From the NCBI GenBank assembly GCA_033723415.1, contig JAWVXD010000004.1, forward strand, positions 160,001-224,000: a stretch of DNA of 64,000 nt, read 5' to 3'. This document shows, piece by piece, positions 1 to 10,720 of the stretch. Source of the DNA: Sulfurospirillaceae bacterium. GTDB lineage: Bacteria; Campylobacterota; Campylobacteria; Campylobacterales; Sulfurospirillaceae. The notes below the pieces were generated by a model, which worked only from the letters and a program-made list of their open reading frames with translations, was not told where the DNA came from and ran no database searches. Position 1 is the stretch's first letter. Every line of letters begins with the position of its first letter. Position numbers and translations under genes: made by a program.

Positions 1-18
1 ACATTGATATAAAAATCT

Positions 19-678
19 CTATTCTTGAGTTGTGGTCTCACCTATCGGTAGAAATTCCATTTTATCATCATCGTAAAATTCTATCTCACCGCTTTCGATG
101 CGATAATACCATCCTCTTATAGATAAGGTTCCGGCATTTACTTTTTCAAGGACAGTTGGATAAGAGAGAAGATTTTGTAAAGAAAAAACAACAGAAATTT
201 GTTCAGTCATCTCTAACTTTTGCCTTGGACTAAACTCTTCTACTTTGTCGATATTTTCAATCACTTTTTTAGCTTTTTCTCCAAGTTCCAGCCATTTTTT
301 TACATGGATCATAGAATCAGGATCTATCTTGTCTCTTTGATAAACTCCTTCAATAGCTCCACAATGAGAGTGCCCGCATACTATGATGTCTGTTACTCCC
401 AGCATCGAAACCGCATACTCTATAGCAGCAGCCGTTCCGTGAAAATCGACATCAGGCTTAAAAGGAGGAATAAAATTGCCTATATTTCTGACAACAAAAA
501 GATCTCCCGGATTTGAATTTGTTATCAAACTAGGTACTACTCTTGAATCACAACATCCGATAAAAAGAGCTTTGGGACTTTGTCCTTTTTTTACCAAGTC
601 TATATATCTCTCTTTATGTTTTTTAAAACTTTGTTTTTTAAAATCTTCAGTCCCCTGCATCAACTCAGATATACCCAT
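19..678 (-). CDS. Beta-class carbonic anhydrase
   Basis: Zn-binding motifs GCCDSRV and CGHSHCGA; RNIGN motif. Confidence 0.95.
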   Translation of the reverse strand: MGISELMQGTEDFKKQSFKKHKERYIDLVKKGQSPKALFIGCCDSRVVPSLITNSNPGDLFVVRNIGNFIPPFKPDVDFHGTAAAIEYAVSMLGVTDIIVCGHSHCGAIEGVYQRDKIDPDSMIHVKKWLELGEKAKKVIENIDKVEEFSPRQKLEMTEQISVVFSLQNLLSYPTVLEKVNAGTLSIRGWYYRIESGEIEFYDDDKMEFLPIGETTTQE

Positions 679-697
679 AAATACTCCTATGTAATGA

Positions 698-1036
698 TTA
701 AAATGTCAAGATCGGCTTACCTGATTTTAGCCAATCACTTAACAGCACACCGGTATAAAAAACCTCTACTCCGCAACTTTGCAGAGCATCTTTGATCTCC
801 AGATTTTCACTGCATTTTTGACAGGCTTGCACTTTGACTCCTACGTCACTCATCTCTTTTATTTTTGCTTGAATCTCTTTATCTTCACTTAAAATTTTTT
901 GCGATGCACCCCAAATGAGGAGCGTGACCTCATCAAACCAACCTTTTAGTTTTGCATTTAGAGTGTAGAGAAAAACCATATTGTGTATCGTTTCTTTGTT
1001 GTCAGTCGTCCAAACTACCATCAGTTCATTTTTCAT
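698..1036 (-). CDS. DsrE-family protein
   Basis: 112 aa; W..V.LLIWGAS and ACxxC (ACQKC) pattern of DsrE-like proteins; RBS AAAGGAG upstream. Confidence 0.75.
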   Translation of the reverse strand: MKNELMVVWTTDNKETIHNMVFLYTLNAKLKGWFDEVTLLIWGASQKILSEDKEIQAKIKEMSDVGVKVQACQKCSENLEIKDALQSCGVEVFYTGVLLSDWLKSGKPILTF

Positions 1037-1043
1037 TTTATTT

Positions 1044-1119
1044 CTCCTTTAATTTGAGACAAGTCCCAAATTAAATTCCTCTCACTAAAGCTTTCGCTTT
1101 GCGAAGAAATTTTGTGTCT
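1044..1119 (-). repeat. Structured intergenic repeat, copy A (ends in the RBS of the DsrE gene)
   Basis: Reverse complement agacacaaaatttcttcgcaaagcgaaagctttagtgagaggaatttaatttgggacttgtctcaaattaaaggag aligns with 12933-13008 on +. Confidence 0.85.
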
Positions 1120-2337
1120 TTATTCCTTCACTTCGTATGTTTCATCCGGTTTCATCTCAATCACTTTCCAAGGTAACCCTTGAACATTTAACTCATCCAT
1201 AAAAGGTTTGGCATCAAAATTTTCCATATTGTATACACCTTTGCCGCTCCATTTGCCCTCCAAGATCATCTTTGCACCGATCATTGCAGGAACTCCCGTC
1301 GTATAGCTGATAGCTTGAGCACCAGTTTCTCTAAAACAAGCTTGGTGATCGCAAACATTGTAAATATATACTTTTTTCTTCTTTCCGTCTTTGATCCCCT
1401 CGATCACACAGCCGATATTTGTCTGCCCTACCGTTCTGGCTCCCAGACTCGCAGGATCAGGTAAAAGTTTTGCCAAAAGCTCCATAGGCACTACTTTGAC
1501 ACCGTTTACCTCTACTTCATCTATCCTTAACATCCCGACATTTTCCAAGCATTTCATGTGAGTGAGGTAACTCTGTCCAAAGGTCATAAAAAATCGAATC
1601 CTTTTCAAGCCTTTTATATTTTTACAAAGTGATTCCAGCTCTTCATGATATAAAAGATAGCTGTCTTTTGGACCGATCTCAGGATAATCCCAAACCATCT
1701 TGATCTCCATCGGTTTTGTCTCGACCCATTTGCCCTCTTCCCAATATCTGCCGTTTGAGCTTACTTCTCGCAGATTGATCTCAGGATTAAAGTTTGTAGC
1801 AAAGGGATAGCCATGATCTCCGGCATTACAATCGAGTATATCAATAGAGTTGATCTCATCAAACAAATACTGCTGTGCATAAGCACAAAAAACATTTGTA
1901 ACGCCCGGATCAAATCCGCTTCCGAGCAATCCCATGATCCCGGCTTCTTTAAATTTTGCATCTCTTGCCCATTGCTCTTTGTATTCAAACTTAGCCAGGT
2001 CAGGATGTTCATAATTTGCAGTATCAAGATAGTCAACTTTAGTTTTTGCACAAGCATCCATGATAGTCAAATCTTGGTAAGGCAAAGCGATGTTCATGAC
2101 AAGCTCAGGTTTTACTTTTTCTATTAATTCAACCAACTCTTGAACATTGTCCGCATCGACTTTTGCGGTATTTATCACGACGCCTAGATCATCTTTTATC
2201 TCTTTGGCTATTTGATCACATTTTGATTTTGTTCTGCTAGCCAGTGTAATTTGTGTAAATACATCGCTATTCATTGCACACTTTTTCGTGACGACTCTGC
2301 TAACACCGCCTGCGCCTATAATCAATACATTTGCCAT
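1120..2337 (-). CDS. Saccharopine dehydrogenase family / carboxy(nor)spermidine dehydrogenase
   Basis: GAGGV Rossmann start; ALPYQDLTIMDAC, YLDTANYE, GFDPGVTNV, NFNPEINLRE, SYTTGVPA motifs. Confidence 0.9.
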   Translation of the reverse strand: MANVLIIGAGGVSRVVTKKCAMNSDVFTQITLASRTKSKCDQIAKEIKDDLGVVINTAKVDADNVQELVELIEKVKPELVMNIALPYQDLTIMDACAKTKVDYLDTANYEHPDLAKFEYKEQWARDAKFKEAGIMGLLGSGFDPGVTNVFCAYAQQYLFDEINSIDILDCNAGDHGYPFATNFNPEINLREVSSNGRYWEEGKWVETKPMEIKMVWDYPEIGPKDSYLLYHEELESLCKNIKGLKRIRFFMTFGQSYLTHMKCLENVGMLRIDEVEVNGVKVVPMELLAKLLPDPASLGARTVGQTNIGCVIEGIKDGKKKKVYIYNVCDHQACFRETGAQAISYTTGVPAMIGAKMILEGKWSGKGVYNMENFDAKPFMDELNVQGLPWKVIEMKPDETYEVKE

Positions 2338-2340
2338 TTT

Positions 2341-2934
2341 TTACCTTTTTAAAATTTTTAATATAATCTTCGCCAGCTCCAAAGCTTTCGAGCGATGCGA
2401 AATATCCTCTTTTATACCATCATCCAATTCACCCAAAGTCTTATCATAGCCAAGCGGTATAAATATCGGGTCATACCCAAAGCCGTTTTCACCTTTTTTT
2501 TCATCTATCACATTACCATGCATCCACCCATGGACACAAAATTCATTGCCTTTATACACTAAAGCGATCGCTGCTGTATAAAATGCTGGTGTACTCTTGA
2601 GATTATTTTGTTTCAGTACCGATATAAGCTTGTCTAGATTTTGTAGAGAGGTAGCACCTTCTCCTGCATATCTTGCACTGTAAATCCCGGGTTCGCCACC
2701 CAGTGCATCGACACTGATACCGCTGTCATCTGATAAAACGATCGCGTCTTTGTCATCTAATCTTTCATAAACGGATCTTGCTTTGATCAATGCATTCTCT
2801 TTGAAACTAGATCCGTCTTCTATGATCTCAAACGGCTCCATCACTTCTTCAAAGGAAAAAACATCAAAATCTTTCATATATGACTTAAATTCTTTTATCT
2901 TGCCTTTATTTGCAGTTGCCAAAATTATCTTCAA
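2341..2934 (-). CDS. rdgB: RdgB/HAM1 non-canonical purine NTP pyrophosphatase
   Basis: [30 protein letters not shown] motifs; TTG start. Confidence 0.95.
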   Translation of the reverse strand: MKIILATANKGKIKEFKSYMKDFDVFSFEEVMEPFEIIEDGSSFKENALIKARSVYERLDDKDAIVLSDDSGISVDALGGEPGIYSARYAGEGATSLQNLDKLISVLKQNNLKSTPAFYTAAIALVYKGNEFCVHGWMHGNVIDEKKGENGFGYDPIFIPLGYDKTLGELDDGIKEDISHRSKALELAKIILKILKR

Positions 2935-3031
2935 TATAATCCTTTGTACATTTAAAGAAAAATTTTACCTATTTTTTGTTTAAAATCTATATATACGAAT
3001 TTAAAATTCTCGTCCAAAGTAGATAAAATAG

Positions 3032-4114
3032 CTAGCGTTTTGATATTTTGGCAAATTTTTTCAAATACTCTTTAAATAAAAAGTAAAATATAAATATCCA
3101 TAAAATTACACTGCTTATAACCGATAACCACCCTAGATTTTCAGCTACCTGCGTTAAAGATCGAGGATCAATATTTGCTATATCAAAAATATAATCAAGA
3201 CCCAAACCAAACACTATACTTCCGATCACAATGCTCAGAAGATAGATGTAAAGCGATTTTTTGCCTAGTATCTTTTTGACGACACCCATTGTCACTATAT
3301 TTGTAGCAGGTCCCGCGCACAAAAATACAAAGGCTGCTCCGGCACTGACTCCTGAGAGCATCAAAGAAGCGGCAATCGGAAGTGAAGCAGTTGCACAAAC
3401 ATACATAGGTACGGCTATTGCAATAGAGAGTATATATGAAAGCCAAGAATATTGTATCAAGATGTCACTCAGACTCTGAGGAATAGCTACACTAATAACG
3501 GCTCCTACCACAAGACCTATGAAAAGCGGTTTTGCTATATCTCCAAGAAGTGTTATAAATCCGTATCTAAGAGCATTTATGATGGAAAATTTTTTATTTG
3601 TCACATTCTCTTGAGGTATTGTCGTAAAAGATGTTGCTCTAAACGTTTTTGTTTTTAGAGTATTGTTTTGCATAGAGAACATTGGCTCTTTTATCGGAGC
3701 ACTTTTATCAAATAAATTTGCAAAAATACCGGCAAACAATGCTATGACCATAGATGCAAAAACACGGTAAATAGTAAATAAAAAACCGAACATTCCATAA
3801 GTTGCCAAGATCGAATCGACCCCGGTTATAGGAGTTGAGATCAAAAATGACAAAGTTGCGCCTTTGCTTGCTCCGCTTTTTTTGATACTAGTAGCTAAAG
3901 GTACGACTCCGCAAGAACAAACTGGAAGCGGAATACCAAAGACCGTGGCTTTGATAACTGAAAAAATATTGTCTTTCCCTAGATGTTTTGTCACTAAGCC
4001 CTCAGGAACTGCTTCATGTAAAATTCCTGCAAATATCAATCCAAACAAAATATATGGGGCCATAGCGTTACTTAAAGAAGCTAAAGCTTCAAAAAAACTA
4101 TATAAAATAGACAT
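3032..4114 (-). CDS. ArsP/DUF318-type permease (SO_0444-like metal efflux family)
   Basis: GIPLPVCSCGVVP, ISTPITGVDS, PMYVCATASLPIA, GPATN motifs; multiple hydrophobic segments. Confidence 0.8.
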   Translation of the reverse strand: MSILYSFFEALASLSNAMAPYILFGLIFAGILHEAVPEGLVTKHLGKDNIFSVIKATVFGIPLPVCSCGVVPLATSIKKSGASKGATLSFLISTPITGVDSILATYGMFGFLFTIYRVFASMVIALFAGIFANLFDKSAPIKEPMFSMQNNTLKTKTFRATSFTTIPQENVTNKKFSIINALRYGFITLLGDIAKPLFIGLVVGAVISVAIPQSLSDILIQYSWLSYILSIAIAVPMYVCATASLPIAASLMLSGVSAGAAFVFLCAGPATNIVTMGVVKKILGKKSLYIYLLSIVIGSIVFGLGLDYIFDIANIDPRSLTQVAENLGWLSVISSVILWIFIFYFLFKEYLKKFAKISKR

Positions 4115-4205
4115 TCTTTAACCTTTTAATTTAAAATCCGTTTTTATTAACACAGTATAATCTATTTATAATAATATTAATATTAATTATCAATAAGGTT
4201 TAGAT

Positions 4206-5762
4206 ATGAAAAAAAACTTACAAATTATTTTTGATTATCATGAGGAGACAAAACACTCTTACTCAAGATATGCCAGGTCTTTAGGATATATGGATTGGGC
4301 AAATCAGCCAAATCCATACCGCTCATACAATGGCGCTAAAAACATAAAACTGCCTATCATGTTAGATTCCAAAACTCCGACATATAGTGAAATTTTTACC
4401 GATTCACTTCCAAATGCCGCACTCTGCATAAACTCCATATCAAAATTTTTACAATTTTCTCTAGGATTAGCCGCTATCAAAACAGACGGATACAACGAAT
4501 GGGCGCTTCGATGCAATGCATCAAGCGGTAATCTTCATCCGAGCGAAGCATATTTGATCTTGCCTCCGACTCCAGATATAAGTGCAAAAACGACCATCTC
4601 TCACTATGCGCCTAAAGACCACAGTCTGGAGATCATAGGAGAGCTTGATATTGATATTTGGCAAAAACTTCCAAAAGAATCTTTTTTTATATGCGTCTCT
4701 TCAATCGTCTATAGAGAGGTCTGGAAATACGGAGAACGCGCATTTAGGTACTGTTTGTTAGATGCAGGTCATGCTATGAGAGCTATTCAGATAAGTGCTA
4801 AGATTTTAGGCTGGAGATATAATCTTATTGGCGATATAGAAGATCACCGACTATCAAAAATATTTGGTTTTGAGAACAAGGATCGTTTTAATGAAAATGA
4901 GACAGAAGTTCCGGAAATGATGCTTCTAGTGACGCCATTCAGCGAAAAAGATGAGTATATCTATGAAAACATACTAAAGGATTTATATCCAAATCTTGAC
5001 ACCATTGCGAACAACATAGCACAAAATTACCAATCATGGCCGCTCATAGATCTAATCGAGGAAGCAACCAACTCAAATATGCAAAAAACCAAAAACTATA
5101 ACATTCCAGAGGCAAAGAGATCTTGTAAAAAAGAAGCAAAAGATGTTGTATTGCAAAGAAGAAGCGCACAGATCATGGATCATAACAACAGCAACATCGC
5201 CTACCGAGAATTTTACACGCTCTTGCAAAGCTCAGATGACAGTTTTAGTCTTCCCTCAAATGTAGTCAATCTTGTCATCTTTGTACATGGTGTCGAAGAT
5301 CTACAACAAGGTCTATATATTTATATGCGAAACCAGGAACTCCAAGATGAATTAAAAACCTCTTTGGATGCATCGTTTTTATGGGAAAAGATAGATGAAA
5401 AATTATATCTACTAAAAGTTGGCGATTTTAGAAATACTGCCAGAAATATTTCATGTTCACAGGCAATTGCAAGTGATTCAGCATTTAGTTTGGGAATGCT
5501 GACACGATTTTCCGATGAAATCTTGCAAAACGGAGCTCACAGATACAAAGAATTATACTGGGAATGCGGGGCAATAGGTCAGCAACTCTATCTCGAAGCG
5601 ACATCTTTAAACTTGAGTGCCACAGGTATCGGATGCTTCTTAGATGATATTTTTCATAATATTTTAGGACTAAGATCAAACAATTACCAATCCTTGTATC
5701 ATTTTACGATAGGACGGGGATTTAAAGACGACAGAATAACTACAAAAAAACCTTATAGCTAA
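4206..5762 (+). CDS. SagB/ThcOx-family nitroreductase-fold oxidoreductase (two domains)
   Basis: YHEETKH, DWANQPNPYR, LRCNASSGNLHPSEAY, WKYGERAFRYCLLDAGH, GQQLYLEA..TGIGCFLDD. Confidence 0.85.
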   Translation: MKKNLQIIFDYHEETKHSYSRYARSLGYMDWANQPNPYRSYNGAKNIKLPIMLDSKTPTYSEIFTDSLPNAALCINSISKFLQFSLGLAAIKTDGYNEWALRCNASSGNLHPSEAYLILPPTPDISAKTTISHYAPKDHSLEIIGELDIDIWQKLPKESFFICVSSIVYREVWKYGERAFRYCLLDAGHAMRAIQISAKILGWRYNLIGDIEDHRLSKIFGFENKDRFNENETEVPEMMLLVTPFSEKDEYIYENILKDLYPNLDTIANNIAQNYQSWPLIDLIEEATNSNMQKTKNYNIPEAKRSCKKEAKDVVLQRRSAQIMDHNNSNIAYREFYTLLQSSDDSFSLPSNVVNLVIFVHGVEDLQQGLYIYMRNQELQDELKTSLDASFLWEKIDEKLYLLKVGDFRNTARNISCSQAIASDSAFSLGMLTRFSDEILQNGAHRYKELYWECGAIGQQLYLEATSLNLSATGIGCFLDDIFHNILGLRSNNYQSLYHFTIGRGFKDDRITTKKPYS

Positions 5763-5877
5763 AAATAGCTACAACAATATGATTACTTTTTAATCATATT
5801 GTTGTATTATAATAATAGTTTATATTGTATACTCCTAATTAGAAATTCGTTTTCTAAAAAAATATTAGGAGAAAAAC

Positions 5878-7161
5878 ATGGTAAAGATGCTTTCAAAATG
5901 CTTATCTATACTTGCTATAGTAGGCATGAGTATGACTATGCAAGCTGCAGGTACGATCAAGATCGGAGTATTGCACTCTCTATCCGGTACAATGGCGATT
6001 TCAGAGACTGCATTAAAAGATACAGTTCTTATGTTGATTGCTGAGCAGAACAAAAAAGGCGGCGTATTGGGCAAGAAATTGGTACCAGTAGTAGTTGACC
6101 CTGCATCTAATTGGCCATTATTTGCTGAAAAGATGAGAGGGCTTTTAACCAAAGACAAAGTTGCCGTGACATTTGGTTGTTGGACATCAGTTTCAAGAAA
6201 ATCTGTTCTTCCTGTAGTTCAAGAATTAGACGGCATTTTATTTTATCCTGTACAATATGAAGGCGAAGAATCTTCTAGAAATGTATTTTATACGGGAGCT
6301 GCACCAAATCAACAAGCGATCCCTGCCGTTGATTATCTTATGAACGAAGTGGGCGTTAAAAGATGGGTACTAGCCGGAACAGACTATGTTTATCCAAGAA
6401 CTACAAACAAAATCTTAAAAGCATATTTGAAATCAAAAGGCGTAAAAGATAGTGACATTATGGTGAACTATACGCCATTTGGGTATTCAGATTGGCAAAG
6501 TATTGTCTCAAAAATCAAAAAATTCGGAAGTGCCGGTAAAAAAACAGCGGTTGTTTCTACTATAAACGGAGATGCAAACGTTCCTTTTTACAAAGAACTT
6601 GCAAACCAAGGCATCAGTGCAGAGAACATCCCTGTAGTCGCATTTTCAGTTGGAGAGCAAGAGCTTTCAGGACTTGATGCAAAACCTCTTGTAGGTCACC
6701 TTGCAGCTTGGAATTACTTTGAAAGCGTTGAAAGCCCGGCAAATAGTAAATTTATCGCAGAGTGGAAAAAATTTACTAAAAATCCAAAAGCTGTGACAAA
6801 TGATCCTATGGAAGCGACATATATCGGTTTTCATATGTGGGTAAAAGCAGTTGAAAAAGCGGGAACTACAAAACCAGATGCTGTCATAGACGCTATGGTA
6901 GGTATTTCTGTACCAAACTTAACAGGTGGAATTGCTACTATGATGCCAAATCACCACTTGACAAAACCTGTATTTATCGGTGAGATACAAGCAAACGGTC
7001 AGTTTGAAACAGTATGGAGGACACCGGGTGAAGTTGTCGGAGATGCTTGGAGTGACTTTTTACCGGGAAGTAAAGACTTGATCTCTGATTGGAGAAAACC
7101 TTTAAGTTGCGGAAATTACAACGTAAAAACAGGAAAGTGCTCAGGACAAAACTTTAAATAA
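5878..7161 (+). CDS. urtA: Urea ABC transporter substrate-binding protein
   Basis: Signal peptide; HSLSGTMAISE, GCWTSVSRKSVLP, YPVQYEG, GTDYVYPRTTN motifs. Confidence 0.95.
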   Translation: MVKMLSKCLSILAIVGMSMTMQAAGTIKIGVLHSLSGTMAISETALKDTVLMLIAEQNKKGGVLGKKLVPVVVDPASNWPLFAEKMRGLLTKDKVAVTFGCWTSVSRKSVLPVVQELDGILFYPVQYEGEESSRNVFYTGAAPNQQAIPAVDYLMNEVGVKRWVLAGTDYVYPRTTNKILKAYLKSKGVKDSDIMVNYTPFGYSDWQSIVSKIKKFGSAGKKTAVVSTINGDANVPFYKELANQGISAENIPVVAFSVGEQELSGLDAKPLVGHLAAWNYFESVESPANSKFIAEWKKFTKNPKAVTNDPMEATYIGFHMWVKAVEKAGTTKPDAVIDAMVGISVPNLTGGIATMMPNHHLTKPVFIGEIQANGQFETVWRTPGEVVGDAWSDFLPGSKDLISDWRKPLSCGNYNVKTGKCSGQNFK

Positions 7162-7166
7162 CATAC

Positions 7167-7187
7167 AGACCGGGAGTCTCCCGGTCT
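7167..7187 (+). terminator. GC-rich hairpin between urtA and urtB (partial terminator or mRNA stabiliser)
   Basis: agaccggga-gtc-tcccggtct, 9-bp perfect stem with a weak U tract. Confidence 0.6.
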
Positions 7188-7203
7188 TCAATATTGGATT
7201 AAC

Positions 7204-8808
7204 ATGGCAAAACTACTTTTAAAGATATTACTTTTTAATTTATTATTATTTTCTTCGCTTTACTCAAGCGATTTTGAGAGTGAACTAGGTCCGCTCACAA
7301 AAAGCTACGGCTTTAGGCAAAAAGAACAGACGATAGAGAAGATTTCACAACAATACGCAAACAATGAAGCACTACGTACTTTGTTAAACGCTCTACTCAA
7401 TGAAAATCTTTTTTTCGTTAAAGATAGCAAAAAATTTGTGGTAACGATCAAAAAAGATGGCGAAACTTATGAGGTTATAGATCTTATGACAAAAGAAAAG
7501 CTAAAACCTGTAAGCAAGTATCTACTGGAGAGAGTCAAAACAAATAATAAATTAAGAAGTATTGCAAGAGGTCGACTTGCAGATTTAAATCTTTTTTCCA
7601 AAGATCAAGAGATCCGACTAAGATCTGCAAAAAATATCTTAAAAAACTTAAATAAAAACTCGATTGTTCTAATCAATAAAGCATTAAAAAATGAAAAAGA
7701 TGCTGCAGTTATAAGAGTTTTGGGTGAAGCCAGAAGTATTTTAGAAGTGGATTACGGTACAAAAGCCGAGCGATTGATCGCTGTAGAAAAATTAGGTAAT
7801 TTTCTCTCACCTCAAGCTTTACAAGCTTTACAAAAGACTTATAATACAAGCACGGATCAGGATATTAAAAAATCTGCAGCTACCTCCATCGCTGCGATAA
7901 AATCTAAAAAATCTATCTATGCATTTATCGAAAAGGCCTTTTTTGGCTTGAGTTTGGGATCTATTTTGCTTCTTGCCGCGATCGGTCTGGCCATCACATT
8001 TGGAGTCATGAAGGTTATAAATATGGCCCATGGCGAGATGATGATGATAGGAGCTTATACTACGTATACTTTACAACAACTTTTACCGAACATGACTGAG
8101 TATTCTGTCATCTTGGCGATACCCTTAGCATTTATCGTAAGCGGACTTGTCGGTATCATACTAGAGCGCCTTGTAATAAGACATCTCTATGGAAGACCGC
8201 TTGAGACGCTTTTGGCAACTTTTGGGATAAGTTTGATATTGCAGCAACTTGTCAGGAGTATCTACTCTCCTCTAAACCAAGAAGTAAAAACACCACAATG
8301 GATGAGTGGAGCTTTGGAGATAAACGGCGCGCTGTCTTTAACATACAACAGACTCTATATCATCATTTTTGCCCTGCTTGTATTTGCGGGAATATTACTG
8401 CTTTTGAACAAAACGTCTCTTGGGTTAAAAGTACGTGCCGTCACACAAAACCGTGAAATGGCACAAGCCATGGGCATTCGAACCGGACTCATCGATGCAC
8501 TCACTTTTGGACTAGGTTCAGGAATAGCCGGAATTGCAGGAGTCGCTCTAAGCCAACTGACCAATGTCGGGCCGAATCTTGGACAATCCTATATAGTAGA
8601 TTCGTTTATGGTCGTGGTTTTTGGAGGAGTCGGCAATCTTTGGGGAACGCTTATCAGTGCCTTGACACTTGGAGAGATCAACAAATTCATCGAGCCAGTT
8701 GCCGGTGCTGTCTTGGCAAAGGTCATCATCCTCGTCTTTATCATTTTATTTATACAAAAACGACCTCGCGGACTATTTCCGCAAAAGGGTCGGGATGCAC
8801 AGGATTAA
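7204..8808 (+). CDS. urtB: Urea ABC transporter permease
   Basis: N-terminal periplasmic helical domain, then GLAITFGVMKVINMAHGE and YGRPLETLLATFG. Confidence 0.93.
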   Translation: MAKLLLKILLFNLLLFSSLYSSDFESELGPLTKSYGFRQKEQTIEKISQQYANNEALRTLLNALLNENLFFVKDSKKFVVTIKKDGETYEVIDLMTKEKLKPVSKYLLERVKTNNKLRSIARGRLADLNLFSKDQEIRLRSAKNILKNLNKNSIVLINKALKNEKDAAVIRVLGEARSILEVDYGTKAERLIAVEKLGNFLSPQALQALQKTYNTSTDQDIKKSAATSIAAIKSKKSIYAFIEKAFFGLSLGSILLLAAIGLAITFGVMKVINMAHGEMMMIGAYTTYTLQQLLPNMTEYSVILAIPLAFIVSGLVGIILERLVIRHLYGRPLETLLATFGISLILQQLVRSIYSPLNQEVKTPQWMSGALEINGALSLTYNRLYIIIFALLVFAGILLLLNKTSLGLKVRAVTQNREMAQAMGIRTGLIDALTFGLGSGIAGIAGVALSQLTNVGPNLGQSYIVDSFMVVVFGGVGNLWGTLISALTLGEINKFIEPVAGAVLAKVIILVFIILFIQKRPRGLFPQKGRDAQD

Positions 8809-8811
8809 AAA

Positions 8812-9945
8812 ATGAAAACAAGAAAACCTATATTATTACAAATATTTGATGGTGACAAGGGTGGGAAGATCGTGCTTTCTTTGCTGTTCTTCATCGTTGC
8901 CTATGTTTGTGTTACTAATCTATTTTTTTCTCATGATTCAATATTTTATTCATCTACATATTTAGTCACTTTGCTTGGGAAATACGTTGCTTTTGCACTT
9001 TTAGCACTTGCTTTGGACTTGGTATGGGGATATATCGGGATTTTGAGTCTCGGACACGGTGCATTTTTTGCTCTTGGGGGATATGGCATGGGAATGTATC
9101 TCATGCGACAGATCGGAGATCGTGGCGTTTATGGAAATCCTCTACTACCGGATTTCATGGTATTTATGAATTTAAAAGCTCTGCCTTGGTTCTGGCATGG
9201 ATTTGATAATTTCTTTTTTAGTATGTTTATGGTCGCCTTCATCCCGGGACTTTTGGCTTTCGTGTTTGGGTGGCTTGCTTTTAGATCACGAGTCACGGGA
9301 GTTTATCTCTCTATCATCACACAAGCCCTCACGTATGCTCTAATGCTGGCTTTTTTCAGAAATGATATGGGCTTTGGCGGCAATAACGGTTTGACGGATT
9401 TTAAAGATATCTTAGGGTTTAACCTAGATAATGATCATACAAGAGTTTCTTTGCTTATACTATCTTTTATAGCTCTTTTGGCAGGTTACATGATCAGCCG
9501 ATTTATTATCAATTCAAGGCTGGGTCGTGTTTGTATCGCAATTCGTGATTCTGAAAGCCGTGTTCGGTTCTTGGGTTACAAAGTACAGCAATACAAACTT
9601 TTTATATTTGTAGTCTCGGCTGTCCTAGCAGGCATCGCAGGAGCCCTTTATGTTCCGCAAGTCGGCATCATCAATCCAAGTCTCTTCTCCCCTCTATTTT
9701 CTATAGAGGTCGTGATTTGGGTTGCAGTTGGAGGAAGAGGAACACTATATGGTGCTATCATCGGTGCTTTTATAGTAAATTATGCAAGTACTTATTTTAC
9801 CTCTGCATTGCCTGAGATTTGGCTTTATGCTCTTGGCGGATTATTTGTGATCTCCACTCTTTTTTTACCAAAAGGTATCGTCGGATTTATGTCAAAATTA
9901 AATTTACGCAGAAGCAAAAAAAAGGTTTCCAATGTTCTTTCTTAA
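8812..9945 (+). CDS. urtC: Urea ABC transporter permease
   Basis: LDLVWGY.GILSLGHGAFF, LPDFMVF, GGNNGLTDF motifs. Confidence 0.93.
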   Translation: MKTRKPILLQIFDGDKGGKIVLSLLFFIVAYVCVTNLFFSHDSIFYSSTYLVTLLGKYVAFALLALALDLVWGYIGILSLGHGAFFALGGYGMGMYLMRQIGDRGVYGNPLLPDFMVFMNLKALPWFWHGFDNFFFSMFMVAFIPGLLAFVFGWLAFRSRVTGVYLSIITQALTYALMLAFFRNDMGFGGNNGLTDFKDILGFNLDNDHTRVSLLILSFIALLAGYMISRFIINSRLGRVCIAIRDSESRVRFLGYKVQQYKLFIFVVSAVLAGIAGALYVPQVGIINPSLFSPLFSIEVVIWVAVGGRGTLYGAIIGAFIVNYASTYFTSALPEIWLYALGGLFVISTLFLPKGIVGFMSKLNLRRSKKKVSNVLS

Positions 9946-10720
9946 ACACAATAATGCCGACAATGTCGGTAAACTAGAAGGCGGAGAGAGGATCTTATAT
10001 TTAGACAATGTCACGGTGAGTTTTGATGGATTTAAAGCACTAAATGCACTGAGTTTAACTGTAGCTTATCGAGAACTTAGATGTATTATCGGAGCTAATG
10101 GAGCCGGAAAATCCACGATGATGGATGTGATTACAGGCAAAACAAAACCACAAAGCGGGGATGTCATCTTTGGGCGAGCCGTTAATCTGTTGGATATGGA
10201 TGAACCCTCTATAGCAGAAATAGGTATCGGCAGGAAATTTCAAAAACCGACTGTTTTTGGCGGACACAGTATTACAGAAAACCTAGAACTTGCGATGAAA
10301 GGGGACAAAAGATTTTTTAAAACCTTATTTGCCAAGATGAGTGGAGAAGAAAAAGAGAGAATAGAAAGAGTCATGGAGTTAATAGGACTTCAAGATTTTT
10401 ACAACAAGCAAGCCAGTATACTATCACATGGTCAAAAGCAATGGCTAGAGATCGGGATGCTGGTCATTCAAGAACCCAAACTTCTCCTTGTCGATGAACC
10501 GGTCGCCGGAATGACACCCGGGGAAGTTGAAAAAACAGGCGAAATCTTAACAAATCTTGCCAAAACAAACAGTGTCGTAGTAGTCGAACATGACATGGAA
10601 TTCATCCGAAGCATCGCAAAAAAAGTAACCGTTTTACATGAAGGCTCTGTTTTGGCTGAGGGTAGTATGGCGAGCATCCAAGAGAACGAAAAAGTCAGAA
10701 AAGTATATTTAGGTGAGTGA
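9932..10720 (+). CDS. urtD: Urea ABC transporter ATP-binding protein
   Basis: Walker A GANGAGKS; GIGRKFQKP; LSHGQKQWLEIGM. Confidence 0.93.
   Translation: MFFLKHNNADNVGKLEGGERILYLDNVTVSFDGFKALNALSLTVAYRELRCIIGANGAGKSTMMDVITGKTKPQSGDVIFGRAVNLLDMDEPSIAEIGIGRKFQKPTVFGGHSITENLELAMKGDKRFFKTLFAKMSGEEKERIERVMELIGLQDFYNKQASILSHGQKQWLEIGMLVIQEPKLLLVDEPVAGMTPGEVEKTGEILTNLAKTNSVVVVEHDMEFIRSIAKKVTVLHEGSVLAEGSMASIQENEKVRKVYLGE

Noticed and set aside
4206..5762. SagB-like dehydrogenase as part of a RiPP (TOMM) cluster
   Set aside because: No YcaO, precursor peptide or exporter nearby; stand-alone members of this family are common
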